A stretch of 64,000 bases of DNA from Pseudovirgaria hyperparasitica (lineage: Eukaryota): assembly GCA_010093815.1 (NCBI GenBank), contig ML996575.1, one strand, 5' to 3'. Under the pieces are notes generated by a model, which saw only the letters and a program-made list of their open reading frames with translations, searched no databases and was not told the DNA's origin. The translations under genes were made by a program, and so were the position numbers. This document shows, piece after piece, positions 12,501-24,702 of this stretch; the stretch's first letter is position 1; the number at the start of each line of letters is the position of its first letter.

Positions 12501-12783
12501 TATGGACGGCACAAGTTACTCTGCACCTATGATAGCTGGTTTAGGTGCATACTTTATGTCCCTGGACACAGATTGTGAAGAAGTTCGAAATGACCGGTCG
12601 TCTCCCGGGGGGCTCACAGGCTCGAAATGGAAGAAGTATATCATTCGACATGGCCATGAGCTCTATCCAGGCAACGAATATATGAACGGCAAACCCTACT
12701 TCACTCAAGACTACTACAGCGAGATAAAAGTTGGGTATAACCGTGCTCCTCTTAGGATCTGCTCTGCAATACACGGGCCATAA
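9580..12783 (+). CDS. Large secreted subtilisin-like serine peptidase (S8) with a long Ser/Thr-rich N-terminal region; start 9580 or 9610
   Basis: Hydrophobic signal-like start (MQAFCLLWLMSHYALG) and S/T-rich tract. Catalytic motifs YIFDSG (Asp), GHGVSVA (His), AAGN (oxyanion Asn) and DGTSYSAP (Ser). Confidence 0.88.
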   Translation: MVSHMFISSDMQAFCLLWLMSHYALGFSTDVLGFTSSIASQLESPRDGISRTFPTYVLSYSAQGVRPSQGAQDPGTAPVLSSSTSETLDSSAAESLPLSSTLTLTSSDLQSTTISTIHTSALGVSPKTYGNIPISTSISSSTRSSSPTLSHPASFSFHPSSQPALSPSKSVSMVTESTSSGQLPSTGPIVASSSAVDVSQTDQISTPLSQDTATFQVHLPLVISTKIMANGATSMVMVTGTPPLITPSPGTAPMADDWKKIETPIAAEIDSITYMLPIHGTKKVKHINNDNKLQVMELSFGEIKIFTEGDKSPVVWKIPSDLSGTGILIQPSSGTGSAIRALRGSRSLKKHKSLLDAFKDLTRSASDAVKAVNSVTDSATKFIDSGFKDADEVFSSMTATIQEVTGILEDTSGMASDFGIELSQLSTSGVGNMPAAGAKVFDAYESASGIIDLLRPLEKITRSLRGSPGFNGPGTDVAKLLFGNVFTKGGATGVVSLTVTSGALLPLAIIEYDENGPISGSLPSLEASPSSTSQIEDSKPKKQYSISTQDGTSLATYRAFLATLPDTIVYSYDQTTWPHVNRQLLGIKLTDEQAKVVRNVPIVRSCFERQPSRRMMLSENFNRYAAPELKIPTFDSRRLRRDGASPVDRNVRFITRKYAPDHLQLLSQAKKGEPKKPGYLYHEKLGQGATVYIFDSGFDPDHPELAQGERLEKPQFWVVPNHLALSNAPGKNPSKWAPEDLTDYYGTNPGGPNGMEGVRAGYIGHGVSVAAAAVGIENGVAPKANLIGIKIVNAQQMTVPPGDPNFPPGEHYCGQNLEWHALEYALDKAIEDVILNNRQGKAVFNFSWFFPAVAGVQNTRQVEIDAFNALFDAMKKPLDDLGILVTIAAGNDADSDEVSLQKINTMIPSNLETEDSAYLVVGGVDNEGRVLNWASVADYRSRDPQIRIYAQASELMLGWSGREFDGTPMGGYTFMDGTSYSAPMIAGLGAYFMSLDTDCEEVRNDRSSPGGLTGSKWKKYIIRHGHELYPGNEYMNGKPYFTQDYYSEIKVGYNRAPLRICSAIHGP

Positions 12784-14750
12784 AACTAATTGTTCCCCGA
12801 TCTCTACATCAACGTAGCCACAGGTCACCCAAGACTAGGTGCTCGAGAAGACCCAGAGCTTATCATCGGAGGAGAACGCATCATGTATCCCAGTGTTATC
12901 GACTAATTTGCTCTTACACGTAAGAACGAATCTACGAGTTCATTCGCGCTGTCTTCTGTAACGTCCCGTCTAACTGCAACTCCTCTGCCATCTACCTTCG
13001 CCAGTCTTCCCATATACGATCCGCTATAACCCAAGGGCCTACATTAGTAGTATATGGTTAGACACTCTAAAAGTACGGTTTGAGGTTGTAATCTGTACCA
13101 AGTAAATAAGCTTGCTTATGGCATAATTATATCAGGCAGATTAAGGCATAAATAAAGCTAAAGAATAATTAGAACATTAGTCTTAGGCAGGATGTTTCGC
13201 CTTGCGCTATTAACTATGTTAGAAGTGTACCCGGCTTTATTGTGTTTAGCATAAGTAATTAGTTAAAATCAGATCGAGATCGTAGGTGCCATCTTGGCAG
13301 TTCTTTAGAGGCTAGATTGAGCTTATATAGATTTGGACTGTATCTGCCGAGATCTGACCTTCATGACCTTGAGCGAAAAGACTACGACGACGACCTAATC
13401 CCCATGGTCTGGAAATCTATGCGCTTTTCATCGTCGCTAGCAATGTCAATGTAGAATCCGCGTCCCATAACTTCAGGCTAATCCTAACTTCTTTGGACAG
13501 CATTATCGTCGTCGTAATTTGTGGTACTGTCCTCACGAGACGATCGTAGGTAACCTTGAACGATGTCGATTTGATCATTGCTGCTTTGGCCTCATCGACC
13601 ACAGTCGAGTTTACTCGAACGGTAATGCATCCTTCTGGGACTCGCTCGCGTGACAATGGCTTCAAAGGAGTCTTGGAAGAAGACCCTGACACTATCACTG
13701 GTACGAAGTATGACCTCGGAGCAAAATAGGCGTCGGGGTACAGAGTTGAGAAGTGCTATTGCATGGAAGACGTCCCGGGCGGTTCCTTCGAGTATAACAA
13801 TGCCGGCAAGGGTGGAAAGTGGACACGCGGACGAGTGACCTGCGGCTATGACTTTGGATGTTACAAATACGATTATGCACAGCCCTGCTAGAGCAAGATT
13901 TTCATAGACCCTTCTATATCTGACTGTCGGCTCACCTTTACATACAATCTTACTGACCTCTGATATGACCCGCCCTGCCTTCGAAACCTGAGCTCCAGCT
14001 TGCCTGCAAACACATGAGGCCTTCGTCCGATCGACACTCGTTTGACAGTGCTATATGAACTGAGTGAGCTGCTGGTTGGGACCATTGTCCGGTCTGATGT
14101 GCATTTGACGAAGATATGAACCATACTATCTATAGCATGCTGCGACATATGAACAGCCTTTGCGTTTGGTTACTAAGGTTACAATGCTAATACGCGTTAT
14201 GAGAGAGATTGAGTTACCCACTTGCATCCACATTCAACTCCGTTTGCAAAATCCAAAGGGGCCTTCGGCAGGGAGTCGATGCACTTTTGTCTTGTCCATG
14301 ACGTGAATTTAATGCGCACTAGAAGACTGAACGGCACCCTCATAAACTTTTGGTATACATAGTGGCGAGTAGGAAGCACATGATTCACCGCTGGAATAGC
14401 AATCGGAGATGGTGAATATTGCTGGAATCTCCTGACCATGTTTGTTCGCCGAACAGTTAACACTAAGATCTCGTCGGACCATGTTACAACGTCGCAAATC
14501 TCACGATTGCGAACCATGGTCGCTGTTTGAGTGCGGCGGTAAAATATAAAGGTAAGGCGTGAGAAGCATGACCTTGTGAAAGCTCCGGGTGCAACTAAGC
14601 CTGCCACCGTCTTGTCAAGCTTCGGGAGGGGCAGTAATCGCCAATGATCCAATATCGGTGCCTCGACTATAGACTTCTTCTGCTGTTGAAAATCATCTAC
14701 TGTGTCAGAGGTGCATGTCGAATTGGATGTATCGCTTGTGACAAAAGTTC

Positions 14751-15315
14751 TTATTTGCAGTCTTCGCAGGCTTTCTGCTTCTCGGCTTCATGCGATGGGT
14801 CCGAAGAAGCCTCGTGTTTCACCATATCTGCATGGCTTGTCTTTTCACCCTTTTCGGAGTGTCCTAAGTGCCGACTTGGCTCGATATGATCTCTCACCCT
14901 CTGCTTCAATACTTTGGTTTCGGGGAATCCACCTTCTGTCTTACGATCCCAAAGCAAGACATGCTTGATATCGATATATTTCGTATCGATCGATCTTGTA
15001 TCATTGGATGATGTGATGGCGGCCGGATGATTGAGATCATATGTGAGTTCGATACGGAATAGACCCCCCATTGTAGGTTGCAACACGACTTCACCAATCG
15101 TCGTTCCGAAGGTCGAAAGAAGCTCTTGTCCGAACTGTAATTTGGTCAGATCTATACAATGTCGATTGGTACTGTCGAGGAAATGACTTGCGTACGTATG
15201 CTGCGCGCAACATCCAGCGACATTGCGTGCAGAATTTGATCACTACGCGTGGCAGAAGGATGTTTGTTGGAGTGGTTGGATGTAAGACATGGTCGACGGC
15301 CGCAGTAGAAGCCAT
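14751..15315 (-). CDS. Rdx family (SelT/SelW/SelH-like) thioredoxin-fold protein, Cys form; exons 15315-15196, 15134-14751
   Basis: IKFCTQCRWMLRAAY|FGQELLSTF...LLWDRKTEGGFPETKVLKQRVRDHIEP..LGH. 61-nt GT-AG intron. Confidence 0.88.
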
Positions 15316-15733
15316 TTTACGTGTTGAGAATGATGACCCAGGCAGGTAGTAGCAAAGAAATAGTTATCCATGGGCCCCTCACTACTCCTTATCCATCCGG
15401 ATCCGCCATCCTTCTCCTTAAATAATGCATACCATGCTTAGCAGATGTCAATACTCATAACACTGCAATTTACGTCTACAGTAATACTGTATAGACGCTG
15501 AGTCCTCGTACAATTTGTTGCCCGGCGCTCCGACTGCTATTCATACAAGCAGATTGTGCTACGTCACTCGTGTTCATGGGCGTAGTTCTCATGTTCATAA
15601 ACATCTCTAAGTTTGGGTATAGAATTGAAGTATTGATATTGTTCGTGCAAGAGCCGACTGCTCTCTGCCAATTCTATCGTTGCCTCAGTTCGAAAACGCG
15701 AAAGTTCTACCGAGCAGTCTCGTCCAGGCCACA

Positions 15734-16900
15734 ATGGATCAAGAGCTAGCTTCGATCGCGACTCGATTCGACCCAAACCCAAATATTCAGAATATTTTGA
15801 TCACAGGGGCCGCCGGATTCATGTAATGTCACAGCCCTTGGTCGAGTTAACACGTACTAATTTGATGCTTGAAAGTGGGAGTTGGCTAGCTAGTCATCTT
15901 GTCCAACAGTACGCTGGACACTATAATATCATTGCATACGACAATTTGTGCCGTGCAGCCTCGTTGAAGAATGTGCGCCATCTGGAGATTTTTAAAAACT
16001 TCACCTTTGTCCCGGGAGACATCTGCAACGCAACATTGCTACTCAGAACCATGCATGCTCATAAGATTGACACTGTGATGCATTTGGCAGCTCAAACATC
16101 GGTCGATGACAGCTATGGAAATCCGATAGATTCAGTGGTCAACAATATTACTGGGACACATACACTTCTAGAATGTTCTAGAAAGGTCATGGTGCGCAGG
16201 TTTATTTACATGTCCACCGACGAGGTCTACGGCCCCTGCGGTCCAGAGGATATCGCAGATGAGAGCACAGTCCTTCGTCCGACGAATCCTTATTCTGCAA
16301 GCAAAGCATCAGGAGAGATGCTTGTGCATAGCTATTGCAAAAGCTATAGGCTGCCAACAATCGTTGTGCGCTCGAATAATGCATACGGGCCTCACCAGTA
16401 CCCCGAGAGTGAGTGTTTCGACATTATGGCCGGACCCTTATGAGAACGGTCTATGGGTTGACGAACATACAGAGATCATTCCGAAGTTCAGCCAACTAGT
16501 CCATCGTGGTGGGAAGCTTACGGTCATGGACAAAGGCTTGCAATCGCGTTGCTACCTACATGTCAAGGATCTTATCAACGCACTTGATACGATCTTGCAC
16601 AAGTGCCAGAGTGATGACTTTGTGATCTTCAATGTCTCTTCCTCTAACAACTTCACCACGCTAGGCATCGCTTTCGAGATTCTCAGGGCATCTGGAATAT
16701 GCGGCGAGAGAGAAGATCTTTTCAGGCAATGGATGATAGCTGTGCCAGATCGCCCGTTCCATGACATGCATTACTTCACCAAGTGTGATAAGCTGAAGGC
16801 ACTGGGTTGGAGTGAAAAGATAGACTTCCAGACAGGATTGAAGATGACGGTTGATTGGTACAGATCTCTCGAAGATGCATGGTGGACAACGGACTTGTAG
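15734..16900 (+). CDS. dTDP/UDP-glucose 4,6-dehydratase (RmlB-like extended SDR); exons 15734-15822, 15876-16408, 16473-16900
   Basis: NILITGAAGFI (GxxGxxG across intron 1), HLAAQTSVD, STDEVYG, PTNPYSASK (YxxxK), YGPHQYPE|KIIPKF, DRPFHD. Confidence 0.9.
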
Positions 16901-17128
16901 GAGCATTGATACGCAGATGCAGCTACAATGCAGCGCGTTTGCAGCTGTGCTATATGCAAAACTGACTCCTCTGATGGTGGTCTAGCTAGCAGCTGGGGGG
17001 TACAGCGCTTGACCATAAATATACCACACACTTCGCGCACTCCCATCTGCATTTATCGTCTAGCATAACCATCATCTTACATCCGGCAGTTCGCTTCATT
17101 GCCCTCGCCGCCTCGTATCCGGCACTAA

Positions 17129-17959
17129 ATGGCTTCTCCAGATACAGATCCGACATTTTCCCCACCAACCATAATCCGGCCCATATCAACCCACACGCAC
17201 AGCCTAATCCTCCTCCACGGCCGCGGCGACACCGGTCCCTCATTCTCGCTCATTGCGCATGCAGCAACATCGTCGAGACTGACCCTGCGACATTCTCTAC
17301 CGAATTTCAAATTCATCTTCCCTACCGCGCTCTCCCTGCACTCCACCCCGGTCCGCCGACCTATGAATCAATGGTTCGATTACCTAGGCCCACATGCCCC
17401 ATATTCACGACCAGATCTTCAAGCCTATGGCCTAAGGCGCACTACGGCGATGCTACATGAACTGGTTACAGCAGAGGCTGAAAAGGTGGGCTTAGAGAAT
17501 GTCTTTGTTGGGGGCTTGAGCCAGGGGTGTGCAGCCGCGCTCGTGGGATGTATGACGTTAGAGGGTCGGATCGGTGGTTTTGTGGGCATGAGTGGATTTC
17601 TGCCGCTTGCGGTGGACTTCGAGGGAATTGACGCCCAAGGAAGGGAGAAGGGGCATATCGCTGTGAAGAAAGTGAAGGAGATTGCTTGCGTGCACGACAA
17701 ACAGGGTGAAGCTTGTGACGTCGGGGCGTTCATGGATACTCCTGTATTTCTGGGGCACGGCACGGCGGATTTTGTTGTTAAGATGAAGCATGGCGAAAAG
17801 GCGAGGGACTTGCTTATCGATTTCGGATGCGATGTGACATGGAAATCGTACCAGGAATTTGGACACTGGTACAAGGAGCCGGATGAGATCGACGACATTC
17901 TGGCTTTTTTCAAAGGTGTCATCGAAGGTCAAAACGAACAGGAGATCGAACATGCATAG
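17129..17959 (+). CDS. Phospholipase/carboxylesterase (acyl-protein thioesterase-like alpha/beta hydrolase)
   Basis: LILLHGRGD, FIFPTA, GGLSQG nucleophile motif, VFLGHGTAD, GHW. Intronless, 276 aa. Confidence 0.88.
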   Translation: MASPDTDPTFSPPTIIRPISTHTHSLILLHGRGDTGPSFSLIAHAATSSRLTLRHSLPNFKFIFPTALSLHSTPVRRPMNQWFDYLGPHAPYSRPDLQAYGLRRTTAMLHELVTAEAEKVGLENVFVGGLSQGCAAALVGCMTLEGRIGGFVGMSGFLPLAVDFEGIDAQGREKGHIAVKKVKEIACVHDKQGEACDVGAFMDTPVFLGHGTADFVVKMKHGEKARDLLIDFGCDVTWKSYQEFGHWYKEPDEIDDILAFFKGVIEGQNEQEIEHA

Positions 17960-18370
17960 GAGGGGCATTGAATTTGCTGTCTGTATGCCTCCGTTAACTC
18001 ATACTATAGAATTGCGACGTATTGAACGACAATGGGTATATTATCTACGTGATGAACAGAAAAATCATTGACACCACCACTTCAGCCCAGTGATTGACCA
18101 GAAGGTAGATATGAGCCGCTAGAAGGGCTAAATACCCTATGCACAGTAAAGACAGAGACGAAACGTCTTATCATATCTGTTCAATATGAATGCATGATAT
18201 GCTTCGTGGCCCAACGAAAATGCCGAACAATTTCTCCGGGCCTGGACAGCCGAATTGTCAGTCTATAGATCGATTTGAGAGCGCGGGCGTGAGCCATGAG
18301 GTAGAATTCAGGCCCACAACGAAGATGCAATGTGGACAAGGCAGGGGATCGTAGCACCCACAATTGGGTA

Positions 18371-20161
18371 TCATTCATGGCTCTCGGCAAGCCTTCCGTT
18401 GCTGCTCTTTTCATCTAATAATGGAATTTGGTCGACTGATGAGACCCTCTTGTGGATAGCGGGCTTGCCACCAGTGACAGAGGCTCCAGTGTCGCCAAGA
18501 CCGTCTTCTGCGCTCACAAATCGTTGGCTCTCTGCTATTCCCAATTGACTCTTATTCTCGTCGTCATCGGCCTTCGGCGTCATCAATGGTGTTTTGATCT
18601 CGGGACTGGCTTGCCATTTGGCGACATCCTTCTTTAATTGCTCTAGCTCGCGTTGAAATCTGGTACCGAAAACGTCAATGTAGTAGTTCGCCCCATTATA
18701 TATACTCCAGACGAAGACGACAAACAGGAAGGTTGCGCTGGCCCAGCGATTCCAGAACCAGAGGGGAGCGGGAACCATAGTAAGCAGTGCGTACGAATAT
18801 TGAATACACATGAACGCCGGCTCTTGTAGGAACTCTGGGAGACTCAAGACAAACTTGCCGATCATCGTTGGTGCATAAGACTTCCGAAGCCAAGTGAACG
18901 ACGTTGGTCGGCCAGCTTGGATCTTCTCCCGGCGTCTGACGGTGATGAAGAAATGGTAGGATAGCTGCCACACTGCGTACGGAAGCGTCGCCCAAAGCAT
19001 CATCTGATATAGAGTATAATGCTCTGGGGACTTGGGCGACGAGTACAGGATAGTGTGAACGGCTGGAAAACGAGTACGCTGCAGCTCTTTAGGTATCAGG
19101 TGCACTATGCAGTGAAGCGCGACGGGAGGCATGATATGGATGAACAGGCTATGCAGAAAAACATGTCAGCCTCGAACATTTAGCGTCAACTAGTTGCGTG
19201 AATCATACCTTGTTACCTTGTCTAAGGAGTGGAAGACTAAAGAGTTGCGCCACATTGCGATTGCGACCGCATTGTTTCCGTATGCCAGACAATACGTGCT
19301 AATGAAGAGTCGTTTTGAATTCGGGAATACCCAGATACTCAGCATCAGCAGTAGGTTGACGAAATAGCAGAGATCGACGAGGAAGTAGTGGTAACCGCGT
19401 TTGTGGTACGTGTAGTACCGGATAGGCATGAAGTAGAGAATCTGCGCAGAGTACCAGAGGTGGAACCATTCAGGAAGCGCACCGACAAGATAGCCACTGA
19501 TGAAAACGTTTAGTACACCACTGATGAATGATATCTTTTCGCGCCAGGTCACGGCCTTGGAGTCACTCCATCTTTTGCTTAGACGCTCTACTGACTGCCC
19601 AACGCGTTTCCTGTATTTGCTCAGCTGTTCTTCTGGTGGCGGAACACGACGCCTCCATTCATCTACGATTCGATCTTTTGCTATCAGACCCGTGGACTTA
19701 AGTCTTTGCAGCGGCACTCTTCGAACTTTCTCGGCTCTATTTGATACTGACGTTTGTAGGTTCTCAAGACGCGAAGGCAGCGCCAAATTCTCCAAGAAAT
19801 CAAAGACTGTTAAGCGTTCCAACGGGGGAAACACTGTATTCTCAACATCATCTTGGTAGGAGCTGATCCCTGAGAAAGATGTCGTTCGGGATAGAAGTGC
19901 TGGCGATTTGGGCTCAATCTCTGGTGACGGGAGTAGCGGTGCCGTGTTGCCGCTCAAGCCATCATCTAAAATCGACCCTTTGGGAACATCTGAGGTCGCA
20001 TGTACCAGGTCTGACTGTGACCCGGACTTCTCCATAGCCGTTATAGGATCTGCCATCGCAGCAGGCGGTAGGGGCTCTTCCTCGACTTTCGCAAGCCAGG
20101 AGATACTCCTGCGATGAGAGGTAGACAGAGGAGATCGAGGGGAGTTCGAGCCTACAGACAT
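18371..20161 (-). CDS. GPC1: Glycerophosphocholine acyltransferase (DUF2838); exons ~20161-19209, 19148-18371; start uncertain (20230/20161/20056)
   Basis: YHYFLVDLCYFVN, AIAMWRNSLVFHSLDKVTS|LFIHIMPP, QAGRPTSF, WSIYNGANYYIDVFG. Multiple TM segments; 60-nt intron. Confidence 0.85.
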
Positions 20162-20523
20162 AGTGGTGTTAGTACAAGGGGAGAGTTTGCTCAGACAAGA
20201 AGAAACGCGGGCCTGATCGCATGAAGACATGAAAGCACCACAGAGGTCTATATGCTGTCGAATGTATACGGAACGGGGGACACTTGCTGGCTATTCAGTT
20301 GATCGAGTGAGACCCTGCAGTTCTCATGACGATAGGCAGTACGTTTCGAGTCAAGATAGGCAGCGGGTAAAGGCGCATGTGGTAGAAGATCAAAGGCGTT
20401 TGTTGATGTGAAGGCCAACGTGCACCAATACAGCTGTCCTCATTGGAGCGGTCTGTGACGACAGATGTCCCTGCATGAGCAATGTCTGCCTTAGGATTAA
20501 GGCAACAATGTGTCCCTCATCGT

Positions 20524-20551
20524 CGCGCACGCGAAATCACCACGCGCGCGT
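20524..20551. promoter_or_regulatory. Cluster of MCB/SCB-like CGCG elements in the divergent GPC1/SMC1 promoter
   Basis: ACGCGAAA (20529-20536) and CACGCGCGCGT (20541-20551) lie ~200 bp upstream of the SMC1 ATG. Cohesin genes are typical MBF targets in yeasts. Confidence 0.45.
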
Positions 20552-20743
20552 TAGCGGTAGCCATTATTAAGACTCAGCAGCGTCATTGAATACACCTTTC
20601 TGCTCCCAGGCGCCACTGCTGGCGACCGAGATCGTCGTCTGCTTTCATCATTATCGTCATCATCATCATCATCGTCATCACCGTATCGACCCCCAAACAA
20701 CTCCCCTTCTGCGCAAAGGCAGCGCGCCGAAGCTTCCTACAAC

Positions 20744-23700
20744 ATGGGCAAGCTTATTCGGCTGGAAGTGTACAACTTCAAATCCTACCGCGGCCACCAT
20801 GAACTGCTCTTTGGTGATGCGTATTTCACATCGATCATTGGTCCTAATGGATCAGGTAAATCAAATTCCATGGACGCCATCTCCTTCGTTCTCGGCATTA
20901 AGTCATCACATCTTCGCTCTTCTAATTTAAAGGACCTGATTTATCGCGGGCGCGTTCTCCAGACTTCCAAAATCAATGCAGATGGTACCGCAACCGAAGA
21001 AGCCGAACTGAATGGACACACAAATGGAGTCATCAATGGTACTCATCGTACTAATGGCGTGAACGAAGAGGATGGGTCGGAGGACGGGAGGATCGCACGT
21101 ACAAGAAGTCAGGGACACGATCCGACAACCGCCTGGGTTATGGCTGTTTATGTCGATGCAGCAGATGAAGAGCACCGATGGAAACGCAGCATCACAAGCG
21201 CAGGCAGTAGCGAATACAGCATCAATGGCAAAACGGTCACCTCCAAAGACTACAATGCCGCATTAGAAGCCGAAGATATCCTGATCAAAGCGCGTAATTT
21301 TCTTGTATTTCAGGGTGACGTGGAGGCCATCGCATCGCAGTCTCCCAAAGACATTACTCGCCTGGTCGAGCAGATCTCTGGAAGTCTGGAACACAAGACG
21401 GAGTACGATGAGTTAAGCGCGCAGAGGGAAGAAGCTCAGAAAGCTACGGGATACCGATTTCAGGAAAAGCGCAAATTCGCCCACGAGATGAAGACTTACC
21501 GGGATCAAAAGAAGGAGGTCGACGATTATGAGGCAAAAGTCAAAGAGCGTGATGAGGCTATAGCGCAGAGGTCTCTCTGGAAACTCTACCATTTTCAGCG
21601 CGTCATTGATGAATCCAACGCCGAGATCTTGCGATGTCAGGAAGAACTCAAGGAGCACAGACGTGGTGTGCAGAAGTTTCAAGACAGACTTACCGAGGCC
21701 AAACGTGAGCAGGCAAAGGCTAGTCGAGCCTACTCACGATCGGAGGAAGCAATAAGAGCAAAAGAGAGTGACATTGAAGCGAAGCGTAGCGACATCGCCC
21801 CCCTCGAGACGTCAATTGCTCACCAAACTAGCTCTCGCGATGCCCAAGCTGCCAGAGCTGCTAAGGTTAAAGAAAGTGAAGAAAGGGCCACAGCTAGGAT
21901 CGAGAAACTTGAAAAAGAGAAGTCGGTAGCTCAAAAGACACTGAAGAGGGCCGAAGACGATGCGCATATCCTTACTCAAAAAGCCGGTCGCGTGTTGAGT
22001 GGAGCGGACCTACAAGAATACAGCCAGCTATCGGTTGAGGCTAGCAAACGTACCACTAACGATGCTAACGAAGTACGCGACATCGATCGAAATTTGAAGA
22101 CCAACGACGAAGTGGCCAATACACTTAGAGTCAGTGTTGAATCTCTGGATGCGCAGACTAGTCAACTGAGAGAATCTCTTGCAAGGCTGCTGGAGCAAAG
22201 AGACTCCCGTAGCCAAGAAGCAAAGGAATGCCAGTCACAGCTTGCAGCCAAAACACAAGAACAAAATCAAGTCAAATCAAGGCGCAAACGAGCTTTGGAC
22301 CAACATACGGAGCAAAATGAGAAGCTTCAAGTACTCCTTCACCGCCTCAAGGATATTGAGGGCACTATAAGAGAGAGCGCTCGAGAAAAGGCAAAAAGAG
22401 CAGCTTTCAAAGATCTTCAACGGGTTTATGGAGAGGATGTCGTCATGGGTAGGATCTCTGATCTATTCAAACCCCGCGAGCATAAGTACGATACCGCCGT
22501 GACCATTGCCCTCGCGCCGGAGATGGACTCGGTCGTCATCGAATCTGAGAAATCCGCCCGAGAGTGCATCGACTACCTCGTCGAGAACAAGCTTCCGCGT
22601 ATGAAGTTTCTCCCCCTCGACAAGATCGCAATTCGACCCGTTGATCAACGACTTAGGTCGCTTCAAAAGACCCGACTCGTCATCGATGCAATTCAATACG
22701 ATTCCGCGCATGAGCGAGCTATGTCCGCAGTCTGTGGTGATGCCGTGATTTGCGAGAGCCTCGAACGAGCTCGACAGATCTGTTTTGGGAAACAGCGCTT
22801 TAACGTTAAAGCTGTGACGTATGACGGCGCTGTCATAAACAAGGGCGGAACTATGACTGGTGGTAGTGGTGGAAAAAAACAGACTACTCAACAATTTACA
22901 GCTGCGGCAGAAGCAGAGAAGCACCGCAGCGATGTTGCAAAGATTAGGTCCGCGCTTGAAGCTCTCCCAGATACCAATGCTCTGGACTTGGAAGAGCAGG
23001 GTTTGATAATCGAGCAGATGAAGCTCCAAACGAGGCTAGAAGCGGCGAAAGACGAAGTCAAGACTTTAGACCGGAATATCCAAGATGGGAAGAAAGCTTT
23101 GAAGAACGCCGAAAGCGAATTAGCGACGGCTAAGGCTCAGCTTTCAAAGCAAGCAGCGAAAATCAGCAACCTGCAAGAGACTCGAGAGAGCTATGCAGAC
23201 GCGATAGCACAGGTCGAAGATGAGGTCTTCGCGGCTTTCTGTAATCGACTCCATTACTCTAATATTCGAGAATACGTAGCGGAGCAAGGATCTCTCCAAC
23301 AAGAGTTGAATGAAAAGAGGCGTGACTTCCTTACGCAGATAAAGAGACTTGAGACGCAAATCTCCAAAGCGACTGAGGACAGAGACATGGAACGGAGCAG
23401 GCACGAGAGTCTAAAAAAAGCAATGATGAAACTGGACAAGGAAATCTCGCAGATCCGCGCCAATAAAGAAACCCAGGAGCATGAGCTGGACCGGATGGAG
23501 ACTGAACTCGATCAGATTCGGGAAAGTCTCGTCAAATTGCGAGAGTCTCAGCAGGACACAGCAAGTCTGGTGAGACAGCGCACGTCGGAATTGGACGCCG
23601 AGAAGAAGAAATCCGACGTAGAGGCAAAGAAGATTAATGAGCATGAAAACACGAAGAGGAAGATCTTGAGCGAGCGATATGCGCTTCTACAAGAATGCAA

Positions 23701-24702
23701 ATTGAACGAGATCAAGATAGCTCTAACCGAAGACTCGAAACCCATTGAGTCGTTGCCAATGGGAGATCTGAACGACGACGTCGATGACGAAGACGCCATG
23801 GATGTTGATGAGGACCCAGACAGCACTATGCTACCACAGGCAGAGGAAAAAGATTTTGGAATCCATATCAACTTTGAAGAGCTTGACAAAGATCTCTGTG
23901 AGGTACGCGCTTCACATCGCTGACGTTATCTTGATACTCACGCAAATTTAGGATGGGTCTGATGATACCGAGAAAAAACTCGACCAAACGATCCGCTCAC
24001 TAACTACCGAGCTTGATAAGATGCAGCCGAACATGACAGCCACACGGAAGCTGGACAGTGCAATTACACGTCACGAAGACGCGGAACAAGAACATATCAG
24101 AGCTCGCGAAGAAGAAAAGGCCCTCAACAAGAAGTTTGAGGATGTCCAAAAACAACGACTGACGAAGTTCAACCGTGCGTTCAAGCATATCTCGGAGCAT
24201 ATCAAGAATGTATACGCCGATCTTACGAGGACTGTGGGAAGCAGTGTGGTCGGTAATGCTCAATTGACCGTCGAGCACGACGATGAACCATATCTGGATG
24301 GCCTCAAATACACGGCTATGCCACCGCTGAAGCGTTTTCGGGACATGGAGTACCTTTCCGGTGGCGAAAAAACCATCGCTGCGCTTGCGCTTCTATTTGC
24401 CGTGCACAGCTATGCGCCGTCACCTTTCTTCGTTCTGGATGAAGTTGACGCTGCCCTGGACAACCTTAACGTTGCTCGTGTTGCCAACTATGTCAAGAAG
24501 AATGCTATGCCAGGTATGCAGTTCATTGTCATCAGTCTCAAGACCGCTTTCTTCATGGAGAGCGAAAGTCTTGTGGGTATCATGAGAGATCAGGGTGAGA
24601 ACTCGAGTCGAGCAGTGACCTTGGATGTAAGTCATGTAGCGCACATCTCTATGGATGAATCACTGATCAAAGAAACAGTTGCGTAAATACCTGCCTAATT
24701 AG
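20744..24702 (+). CDS. SMC1: Cohesin subunit SMC1; exons 20744-23902, 23952-24626, 24679-24702
   Basis: MGKLIRLEVYNFKSY, Walker A IGPNGSGKSN, NFLVFQGDVE, hinge GAVINKGGTMTGG, signature LSGGEK, Walker B FFVLDEVDAALD, C-terminus LDLRKY. Confidence 0.96.

Noticed and set aside
14751..15315. Selenoprotein (UGA recoding) in the SelT/SelW-like gene
   Set aside because: The motif is CTQC with ordinary Cys codons, and there is no in-frame TGA.
20927..23889. Antisense ORFs over SMC1 (similarly over LOS1, the phosphatase and the subtilase)
   Set aside because: Shadow ORFs from codon bias, with no motifs.
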